64,000 nucleotides of DNA, taken from contig JAHFFN010000003.1 of NCBI GenBank assembly GCA_023247915.1, positions 4,081 to 68,080 of the forward strand, written 5' to 3'. The notes under the pieces were generated by a model, which was not told the origin of the DNA, did no database searches, and saw only the letters and a list, made by a program, of their open reading frames with translations. The translations under genes were made by a program, and so were the position numbers. Below are positions 54,109 through 62,122 of the stretch, piece by piece (the first letter of the stretch is position 1; every line of letters starts with the position of its first letter). Origin of the DNA: Candidatus Omnitrophota bacterium. Lineage in GTDB: Bacteria > Omnitrophota > Gorgyraeia > 2-02-FULL-51-18.

Positions 54109-56234
54109 CTTTATACATCGTTACAACAGGCTTAACGGCTGTGTTATTTTTTTTAGTAGGCTTTTTTGTGTATCTTCAAAATCCAAAATCAGAGCTCTAC
54201 TTAAGGTGTTTTGTTTTTAGTAATTCAGTCGCTCTGTGGGCGCTTGGGTATTTTATTACATTAATACAGGTGTTTAATTATGATTACACGTTACTCATTA
54301 GTAGGGCTTCTCACGCATGCGGAGCGATTATACCGATCGCATATTATCATTTTGTTATGGCGTTATTAAAAAAGCCAGGAAATCCAAAATTTTTAAAATT
54401 AGGATATTTAATTTCCATAGCAATGTCTGTTATGTCATTCTCGCCTTGGGTAGTCAAAGCGTTATTGCCAAAAATGGATATTCAGCTTTATCCCGAATGG
54501 GGTGTTTTATACCCCCTTTATACAAGTCTATTCGTTGTCTATCCCGGCTATGCGCATTATCGAATGCTTCCTGAGATTAAAAGGCTCCATGGGACAGAAA
54601 GGACGCGTTTAATATATTTCTTTGTTGCTTTGGCGCTAGCCTTTGCAGGCGGCATATCGCTGTTTTTTTTAATATTCAATGTTCCGTTCCCCCCTTATTT
54701 TAGTGTTTTTATAATTTTGTATCCTCCAATGATGGCGTACACAATACTTGTGCATAAATTCATGGATATAGAAGTTATTGTAAGGCGTACAGCAGTTTTC
54801 GCAGGCCTTTTTGCTTTCGTTTACGGCGTATTTACAACTGTAACAATTTTAGGCCAAGAATTTTTCATGAATTTTCTAGGCTGGAACCAATGGACAGCAA
54901 TGATACCCACTGTATTCATTATTACTTTCTCTCTTCGCCCCCTAGAAATATTTTTGACAAATACCACTGAGAAATTTTTATTTCAGAAAAAATATGACTA
55001 TCGCGAACTTCTTAGAACTTTTACTAATGAGACTCTCACCGTTTTAGATTTGCAGAAGCTGATGGATCAAACCGTAGCGGGATTGATCAAGATCATGAAG
55101 CTCGAAGCTGCTGCAGTCTTGCTATTTGATAAGGATGAAAAAAAATATAAATTTATGGCGGGATCTGGGATAAAGGATAAGCAGATCGTTTTTGATGACA
55201 GCGACACGGTTATTGCTTATCTAAAGAAAACCCATCAGCCAATCGCGAAGGATAAGGCAGCGGATAAGATTGAGGGAAATAGCCTTCTTAAAGATAATTT
55301 TGCTAAGTTGAATGCGAGACTTTGCTTGCCGATCACACTCCACGAAGAACTGATAGGGGTTCTGTGTCTAGGCATGAAAAAATCTGGAGAGGACTATACC
55401 CAGGAAGATATAGACATCTTAACCACGCTTGCTCGCACAGAAGCGATCGCTATTTCTAACGCCCAGCTTTTCGATGAGCTTTCAAAGACTCAGGCAGAAG
55501 CTGCTCAGCGAGAAAAGATGGCGGTGATTGGGACGCTGGCAGCAGGAATTAATCACGAGATTTGCAATCCTCTTGGGATTGTCCGTGGGCAATGCGAAAT
55601 GTTTCTTCTGAACTTTAGAGATGGGTTCTACAAATCAAAATCTCAAGATGAGGTTTTGGCGATCGCATCGGATGTGATGGGAAAGGTAATCAAAGAAACA
55701 GATCGGGCAACGGCAATCACCAAAAAGCTTTCAAGTTTTGCCAAGCCATCCAAACGCTCGGAGTTTGAAGAGGTGCATGTAGATAAAGAAGTCGATGAAG
55801 TCTTGGGGTTAGTTGGGCATGATTTGCAACTTAATAATATTGCTGTTAGTAAAAATTTTACAGAAAATTTCCCTGCCATATTGGCTGATAGGAAACAAGT
55901 TCAGGAGGTTCTGTTTAATATTATTCGAAATGCTGCTCAAGCTATGGATAAAAAGGCGGGCACGATACAAGTTTCGGGCGCTGTTCAAACTGAAATGGCC
56001 GTTATTCGTATCGCTGACAACGGTTCGGGGATCCCTAAGGATAAGCTCGAACAGGTTTTTCATCCTTTCTACACGACCAAAGAACCTGGGAAGGGCACGG
56101 GTCTCGGACTTTTTATTGTTAAGCAGGTGGTTGAGCGCAATAAGGGCTCTATCCAGGTTGAAAGCGAGCAGGGCGTAGGGACAACATTTACTCTTAAGTT
56201 TCCCTTAACTGAAAAAATGGCAGCGGTGGCCTAA
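54105..56234 (+). CDS. sensor histidine kinase: one multi-TM (7TM-type) module, then GAF, HisKA and HATPase domains
   Basis: ATGA overlap with the SGNH gene. There is a GAF-like region (LMDQTVAGLIKIMKLEAAAVLLFD...LCLPITLHEELIGVLCLG). H-box AAGINHEICNPL; G-boxes DNGSGI and GTGLGLF. Confidence 0.85.
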   Translation: MTLYIVTTGLTAVLFFLVGFFVYLQNPKSELYLRCFVFSNSVALWALGYFITLIQVFNYDYTLLISRASHACGAIIPIAYYHFVMALLKKPGNPKFLKLGYLISIAMSVMSFSPWVVKALLPKMDIQLYPEWGVLYPLYTSLFVVYPGYAHYRMLPEIKRLHGTERTRLIYFFVALALAFAGGISLFFLIFNVPFPPYFSVFIILYPPMMAYTILVHKFMDIEVIVRRTAVFAGLFAFVYGVFTTVTILGQEFFMNFLGWNQWTAMIPTVFIITFSLRPLEIFLTNTTEKFLFQKKYDYRELLRTFTNETLTVLDLQKLMDQTVAGLIKIMKLEAAAVLLFDKDEKKYKFMAGSGIKDKQIVFDDSDTVIAYLKKTHQPIAKDKAADKIEGNSLLKDNFAKLNARLCLPITLHEELIGVLCLGMKKSGEDYTQEDIDILTTLARTEAIAISNAQLFDELSKTQAEAAQREKMAVIGTLAAGINHEICNPLGIVRGQCEMFLLNFRDGFYKSKSQDEVLAIASDVMGKVIKETDRATAITKKLSSFAKPSKRSEFEEVHVDKEVDEVLGLVGHDLQLNNIAVSKNFTENFPAILADRKQVQEVLFNIIRNAAQAMDKKAGTIQVSGAVQTEMAVIRIADNGSGIPKDKLEQVFHPFYTTKEPGKGTGLGLFIVKQVVERNKGSIQVESEQGVGTTFTLKFPLTEKMAAVA

Positions 56235-56240
56235 CGCTTT

Positions 56241-56630
56241 ATGCCAAAACTTTTGAGTATTGACGATGAGGTGGAATTTACTAATTTGATGCAAAACTAC
56301 TTTGGGCCGAGAGGGTATGAGGTATTTGTCGCTAATCAGGGAGATTCGGGTCTGGTTATTGCTAAACGCGAAAAGCCGGATGTTTGTTTAATTGATCTTA
56401 AAATGCCCGGGCTTCACGGGGATGATGTTTTGAGAGAGATTCTGTTGGATCAACCGGACGCCAAATGTATTATGATTACAGCATCTGAAGGCGAAGGAAA
56501 AACCCGAGCGAAGCTTATGAAAATGGGAGCCTTCACGACATTTGATAAACCGGTAACATCGCTCAAAGATTTGGAAGAAAAGGTGAGGCAAGCCTTGGCT
56601 AGTCGTATGAACGGAGAAAAAAATGGGTAA
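56241..56630 (+). CDS. single-domain response regulator (receiver only)
   Basis: The acceptor Asp is in DVCLIDLKMPG, with Thr in MITASEG and Lys in FDKPV. Confidence 0.85.
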   Translation: MPKLLSIDDEVEFTNLMQNYFGPRGYEVFVANQGDSGLVIAKREKPDVCLIDLKMPGLHGDDVLREILLDQPDAKCIMITASEGEGKTRAKLMKMGAFTTFDKPVTSLKDLEEKVRQALASRMNGEKNG

Positions 56631-57009
56631 AGCTCCTAAGCTTCTTGTGGTGGATAATGAGCTAGACATTTGTAATTTTGTGAAATCTTTTTTTGAAATG
56701 CGTGGATTTCAAGTCACGACGGCACTGAACGGTGATGATGCGATGGCGAAGCTTGCATTAGTGCAGCCGGATATAGTGATCCTGGATGTGGTGATGCGTC
56801 GCGAGACTGAAGGGATTGAGTATCTTCCAAAAATCAAGCAGGCGATGCCGAATGTCCGTGTGATCATGGTTACTGGTGTTGACGACAAAGATACCGTTGA
56901 GAAAGCCAAGCAGTTGGGCGCGGACGACTATATTACGAAGCCTCTGGTGTTGGAGTATCTGGAGGGAACGGTGCTTGGGAAGATAAAGAGCTTGGAAAAT
57001 GTTAGATGA
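56623..57009 (+). CDS. single-domain response regulator (receiver only)
   Basis: The acceptor Asp is in DIVILDVVM, with Thr in MVTGVDD and Lys in ITKPL. There is an 8-nt overlap with the preceding gene. Confidence 0.85.
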   Translation: MGKAPKLLVVDNELDICNFVKSFFEMRGFQVTTALNGDDAMAKLALVQPDIVILDVVMRRETEGIEYLPKIKQAMPNVRVIMVTGVDDKDTVEKAKQLGADDYITKPLVLEYLEGTVLGKIKSLENVR

Positions 57010-57030
57010 AGATCCTTCGCTTCGCTCAGG

Positions 57031-58260
57031 ATGACTGTGTATAGCCGCTTAGACTACCAGGAAGCCCTTTTAAACGCCTCCAAAGGCATGATCCGGGTTA
57101 AAGACCCGATCACCTTGCTTAAAATTATCACACGTTTCATTGATCGCCAGATCGGTGTTACGCATGTAGGAATTCTCCTTTTTGATCGTCTTAAAGATTC
57201 CTATGTTCTAATCGACAGTAAAGGCGAGGGCGGCGTTAAGATCCCCGTTGGCTATATCCGCGTCACTAAAAATAACCCGCTTGTCACTTTCTTTGTCGCT
57301 TCTAATAATAGCGCATTTGATCGGAAAGAAGCACTGGTATACAGCGAGCTTAAGCACCTTCAGAACTTTGAAATATTTGTGAATAAAAAAGAAGGCCGAG
57401 CGATCCACTACGAAGATATTCAAAAGCAGATGGATTATTTTCGTGCCTCGGTTTGCGTGCCAAGTTTTTATAAGCGCGAGCTGATAGGTGTTCTGATCCT
57501 TGGTGAAAAGCTATCAGGAGAAAAATATTTCGAAGAAGAAATTAATCTTTTTGTGACATTGGCCAATGACGTGGCCATGGCCGTCAAAAATGCGGAACTT
57601 ATTAAAGATCTAAAAATCGCTTATGACAAAGAGCACAATCTTTTTATCCAGACCTCGGTAGCTCTTGCGACGGCTATCGACGCTAGAGATCGTTATACGC
57701 ATGGCCATTCAGAGCGCGTATCGCATTACAGCCTTGTCATTGCCAAAGAGTTGATTGATGAGGGAAAAATTGAATACGATCGTGAATTTATGGAGACAGT
57801 ACAGTTATCCGCTTTGCTTCATGACATTGGAAAGATAGGTATTCGGGACAATATTTTAAACAAACCAGATAAGCTCACCACGGAAGAGTTTGAAATCATG
57901 AAAACCCATGTGGCGATCGGCGGAAGCATCTTAAAGCCGGTGGATGGGCTGACACATCTGGCAGACGGTATCTTGTATCATCATGAGAGATTTGATGGGA
58001 AGGGCTACCCGCATGGCTTGAAAGGCAAGGACATCCCAATTATCGGACGTATCGTGAACGCAGCCGACTCATACGATACGATCGTAACGGCTCGTGCTTA
58101 TAAGGCTTCTTCCGCGTCAGAGGATGCGTTTAAGGAGCTTATCCGGTGCAAGGGCAGCCAGTTTGACCCTGAAATCGTCGATGCATTCTATAATGCCTAT
58201 AAAGCCGGAAGACTAACTAAGAGGGAATACACTAGCTACGATTTTTCAAAATTACACTAA
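57031..58260 (+). CDS. GAF domain / HD-GYP domain protein (predicted c-di-GMP phosphodiesterase)
   Basis: HGHSERV, LLHDIGKIG and HHERFDGKGYPHGL (the HD-GYP signature). The N-terminal region is GAF-like. Confidence 0.85.
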   Translation: MTVYSRLDYQEALLNASKGMIRVKDPITLLKIITRFIDRQIGVTHVGILLFDRLKDSYVLIDSKGEGGVKIPVGYIRVTKNNPLVTFFVASNNSAFDRKEALVYSELKHLQNFEIFVNKKEGRAIHYEDIQKQMDYFRASVCVPSFYKRELIGVLILGEKLSGEKYFEEEINLFVTLANDVAMAVKNAELIKDLKIAYDKEHNLFIQTSVALATAIDARDRYTHGHSERVSHYSLVIAKELIDEGKIEYDREFMETVQLSALLHDIGKIGIRDNILNKPDKLTTEEFEIMKTHVAIGGSILKPVDGLTHLADGILYHHERFDGKGYPHGLKGKDIPIIGRIVNAADSYDTIVTARAYKASSASEDAFKELIRCKGSQFDPEIVDAFYNAYKAGRLTKREYTSYDFSKLH

Positions 58261-59869
58261 TTTCAGTTCCTGCTCCCAGTTTACTTTTTACTTCCATTTT
58301 CCCGCCATGCTTGCTGATAATGCTGTGAACGATTGATAAGCCAAGGCCAGTTCCTTCTTCCTTTGTAGTGAAGAAGGGATCAAAGAGGTGGGAGATGTTT
58401 TCTTTTGGAATGCCCACGCCGGTATCCGAAATAATAATCATCGAATCTGAAATACTCACAGTTAAGGTGCCGCCGTCCGGCATGGCTTGTATGCTATTTA
58501 GGAAGAGATTCAAAAAAGCTTGGCGGAGTTGATTTTTATCAACCAGCAGAGTTATGTCTCTTGAATATTTTTTAACAAGCTCGATTTTATTTTTTAGTAA
58601 ATTATTACCAAGTAAGCTCAGCGTATCATCCAAAATTGAAGCCATTGAACAAGGTTTAAGCTCAAGCTCCTGAGGTTTGGAAAATTCTAGAAGTTGCTTC
58701 ACAATATTATTAACCCGATCGACTTCATCCACGACAATTTTCTTGAATTTCTCTCTAAATCCAGGATCATCATATTTTTCAGGGAGGTATTCCGCAAAGG
58801 TTTTGATAGAGGTGAGTGGGTTTTTAATCTCATGCGCCATCCCAGCCGCCAGCGTTGCCACGGTTTTCATTTGTTCGGTTTTCTGTACTTCTTGAATCAG
58901 ACGATCATTTTCTTTTTGCAATTCCTCAGGAGTCTTTTTGAAAATAAGCAGGTCAACGAAACTTTGAATTTTTCTTTCCAGGGGCTTAAAGAGAAGCGTT
59001 ATGACCGTTAATATTAATAAAATAACAGGAGCAGAATGAGCTTTCGCTAATCCCCCAACAAAAGTGGCGGTCAAATAGACGATAGTAAAGTATAACGTGG
59101 CAATGATTGAAACTAATATCGAATAGGCCAAACTTTTTCGAATGACGATGGAAATTCCCATTACGCCATGCCGAAATATTCCGTACATAGTAAAAGTGAC
59201 AAAGAGCACTGCAAATATACAGCCCACCGGAAAAAAATCAATTCCCCAGTTATGAAGAAAATCAGAGCTTCCGCAGGTGACAAATATCATTGCTAAAAAT
59301 AAATATTTTATCTCGTGGTATCTGTTAGTTTTTCCATGCTCATTTCGGACGACAGTTAGCGCAAGATGCAGTAAATGAATTGCATAAAACGCTGTACCTA
59401 GCACAAACGTAGTGTGGATAGCGTGAAACACGCCGCCTTTTGGATAGAATCCCCAAGAATAATTGTATGTGCCAGATATAAAGCTATTACTAGTCCACAC
59501 AAGAACTAAAAAGACAAAAGTGAATGAATAAGCGATTATTAGGTCACGTTTCAGGGGTTTTGACTTTAGCTCATTCTTAACAAAGGATGTCGCAAAATGC
59601 AGGGCAAGCGTTGGCATAAATACAACGCCGGTATAAACCCATCTGCCCAAGACAAGAGATGTATGATCAGAGAATAATTTGGACGATAAAAGAGATATCG
59701 AGAAAAGCCAGATGCAAATTGCTATACAAAAATAAAAGTAAAGTTGATTTGTGAGGTTTTTGTGATTTTTAGTTAAGACGAATATGCCTTGCGAAAGACA
59801 CACAACTCCACAAAAGAACGTTAAGACCGAATAGAATGGTAGATGTGAAGGCGTAATTGAGAGCGTCAT
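58232..59869 (-). CDS. sensor histidine kinase with one multi-TM (7TM-type) input module
   Basis: H-box GMAHEIKNPLTSIKTFAEYLPEKYDD, N-box NLFLNSIQAM, G-boxes DTGVGI and GTGLGLS. Confidence 0.85.
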   Translation of the reverse strand: MTLSITPSHLPFYSVLTFFCGVVCLSQGIFVLTKNHKNLTNQLYFYFCIAICIWLFSISLLSSKLFSDHTSLVLGRWVYTGVVFMPTLALHFATSFVKNELKSKPLKRDLIIAYSFTFVFLVLVWTSNSFISGTYNYSWGFYPKGGVFHAIHTTFVLGTAFYAIHLLHLALTVVRNEHGKTNRYHEIKYLFLAMIFVTCGSSDFLHNWGIDFFPVGCIFAVLFVTFTMYGIFRHGVMGISIVIRKSLAYSILVSIIATLYFTIVYLTATFVGGLAKAHSAPVILLILTVITLLFKPLERKIQSFVDLLIFKKTPEELQKENDRLIQEVQKTEQMKTVATLAAGMAHEIKNPLTSIKTFAEYLPEKYDDPGFREKFKKIVVDEVDRVNNIVKQLLEFSKPQELELKPCSMASILDDTLSLLGNNLLKNKIELVKKYSRDITLLVDKNQLRQAFLNLFLNSIQAMPDGGTLTVSISDSMIIISDTGVGIPKENISHLFDPFFTTKEEGTGLGLSIVHSIISKHGGKMEVKSKLGAGTEISVILKNRS

Positions 59870-61464
59870 AATGTGGTTTTGAAAGCCAAAGTAAATATTG
59901 CGCCTTTTTCTGGGGCGTTGGAAGCGGTTATTTTCCCGCCATGCTCCTCTATAATTCCATGAACAATGGATAGGCCGAGTCCAGTACCCCCATCCTTAGT
60001 TGTAAAAAAAGGTTCAAAGATATATTTCAGGTTTTCTCTGGGAATGCCATTTCCGGTGTCTGCGATCGAAATTTCTAGAAGGTTAGAATTATTTTTTGTT
60101 GTAATGGAAAGTGCGCCACCATTAGGCATAGCCTGAATAGAATTTAAAAAAAGATTTAGAAGGATTTGTCGGAGTTGTTTTTTATCGCCGCTTAACAGCG
60201 AATTTGAAGCAATATAACTTTTTTCAAGATGAATGTCATACTTGACAAGCTCACCATTTAAAAAATTTAAAGTTTCATCGATAAGTTTATGTAGCTCAAC
60301 TTTCTCAAGCTGAAGAGGGGAGGGCTTAGAAAATTCAAGTAATTGGCGAACCGTACCGTCAATACGATCAACCTCGGCACCAACGATGCTGATAAATTGT
60401 TTTATAAACTCGGGATCATGATGCTTTTTAGTCAAATGTTCGGTGAAAGTTTTGATCGCAGTTAACGGATTTTTAATCTCATGTGCCATTCCTGCAGCCA
60501 AAGTTGATACAGCCCTCATCTGATCTTTTCCTCGAATCTCAGCGGTCAATTTTTGATTTTCTTTTTTTAACATTTCAGCTGTTTTTTTAAATATAAGAAG
60601 ATCAACCAGTTCTTGAATTTTTCTTTCAATGGGTTTGAAGAAGAGAGCAATGACAGTAAATAGCAGTATAGTAAATGGCAATGATTTGTAGCCCATATAG
60701 TTTTGGAATAGAGTACCAACCGAATAAACTAGAAAAAAATAAAATGTAGTAATAACCCCGATAAGGAATGAATAAATTAAACCCTGCCGAACAAGGATGT
60801 TGATATCCATTAACCGATGCTTCACAATCGCATACGAAATAATCGCTACGTAAATCCAAACAAAGTGAAGCGTTGTAGGATTGATAGGAATCTTATAAAC
60901 AAGAAGAAATGCAGCATCTCCCGTTATAAAGCCAATAACCGTGGCTACAATGATGTACTTAATCTGATTTTTTTTATCGGCGGATAGATGCTTTAAGTTT
61001 TTGAATAGTAAGTATTCCGAGTAAATAGAATAAAAAATAAAATGAAATAAGTAATAATGAAATAAAGGCCCCGGGTCAGCATAATATTTGAATATAGAAA
61101 TAGATCGCACGGTTTCAAAGTATGGTGTAAATCCTAGAATAGTAATCAAAATAATATTGGCGTAGCCCAATTTGAGAAGAAGATTATTTTTTATTTCTTG
61201 GTATGTAATGGCTAGAGAGAAATGGGTGAAGAAAACAGGGATGAAGCTAGCGGTGACATTGCAAAGCCTGCTAAAAAGTAAGCCGTCATCGTAATTGGTT
61301 GCAAAAAATGAACGCCAAATAAAAAAGCTCCAGGCCGTAACTGATAAGGACATCAAAAACCAAGTTTGATTTATGATGTTTTTTGGATTTTTATAAAGAA
61401 CGAAGATACCAAGTGACAGCGCTGAAATAAACGTAAGGGGTAGGCTATAAAAATAGGGCTGCAT
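59866..61464 (-). CDS. sensor histidine kinase with one multi-TM (7TM-type) input module
   Basis: H-box GMAHEIKNPLTAIKTFTEHL, N-box NLFLNSIQAM, G-boxes DTGNGI and GTGLGLS. There is a 4-nt overlap with the downstream kinase gene. Confidence 0.85.
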   Translation of the reverse strand: MQPYFYSLPLTFISALSLGIFVLYKNPKNIINQTWFLMSLSVTAWSFFIWRSFFATNYDDGLLFSRLCNVTASFIPVFFTHFSLAITYQEIKNNLLLKLGYANIILITILGFTPYFETVRSISIFKYYADPGPLFHYYLFHFIFYSIYSEYLLFKNLKHLSADKKNQIKYIIVATVIGFITGDAAFLLVYKIPINPTTLHFVWIYVAIISYAIVKHRLMDINILVRQGLIYSFLIGVITTFYFFLVYSVGTLFQNYMGYKSLPFTILLFTVIALFFKPIERKIQELVDLLIFKKTAEMLKKENQKLTAEIRGKDQMRAVSTLAAGMAHEIKNPLTAIKTFTEHLTKKHHDPEFIKQFISIVGAEVDRIDGTVRQLLEFSKPSPLQLEKVELHKLIDETLNFLNGELVKYDIHLEKSYIASNSLLSGDKKQLRQILLNLFLNSIQAMPNGGALSITTKNNSNLLEISIADTGNGIPRENLKYIFEPFFTTKDGGTGLGLSIVHGIIEEHGGKITASNAPEKGAIFTLAFKTTL

Positions 61465-61515
61465 TTATATCGTAAGCCGATTAGTCCAATGTCAGACGAA
61501 TGGCATAGTAATTCA

Positions 61516-61902
61516 TTACTTCTTGGCGGCTTCTTGGAGTGTCTGAGAGATGGAGCGGAGGACGTGTTTGGAGTCGAAAGGTTTCGGGATGTAATCGGCA
61601 GCACCGTTACGGAGGGCTTCTTGGGCGGTTTCGACGCTTTGGTAGCCGGTGACGATAATGACGGGGAGCTTGGGCTTCAGCGCTTTGACTTGTTTTAAAA
61701 TCTCCATTCCATGGAGTTTGGGCATCTTGATGTCGAGTAGCATTAAGTCCGGTGTGAAGGACTTTAAGAGCTCTAAAGCATCGAGGCCGTTTTTAGAAAA
61801 TTTGAGGGAGTAGTTGTCCTCGAGAATTAATTTGAAAGATTCGCGAATACCTTCTTCGTCGTCGCAAACAAGAATGGTAGGTTTGTGCGTTTCGGACGCC
61901 AT
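61516..61902 (-). CDS. single-domain response regulator (receiver only)
   Basis: The acceptor Asp is in DLMLLDIKMP, with Thr in IIVTGYQS and Lys in YIPKPF. AGGAGG lies upstream on the minus strand. Confidence 0.85.
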   Translation of the reverse strand: MASETHKPTILVCDDEEGIRESFKLILEDNYSLKFSKNGLDALELLKSFTPDLMLLDIKMPKLHGMEILKQVKALKPKLPVIIVTGYQSVETAQEALRNGAADYIPKPFDSKHVLRSISQTLQEAAKK

Positions 61903-62024
61903 GAGACCCTCCTAGGTTTAACGATAGTCTAGCCTATCATTGATGAATATTCAAATTTTTTAACGACCTCCCAGAGGCATTTATTCAGCATTGTTAAGCT
62001 TTACTTAATCCCGCTTAAATAAAT

Positions 62025-62077
62025 ATTGAATAAAAATCAAATTAAAATTTGACAAATAAACATTCAACGTGTACTCT
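62025..62077 (+). promoter_or_regulatory. putative promoter (TTGACA 62049-62054, N17, TACTCT) with the upstream near-palindrome TTGAATAAAAATCAA
   Basis: I read it directly. The string atttgacaaataaacatt is nearly identical to the one upstream of the giant gene. Confidence 0.4.
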
Positions 62078-62122
62078 TGAATTCATCACAGTTGTCGGGC
62101 ATATTTCGGAGTACTGAAATTT

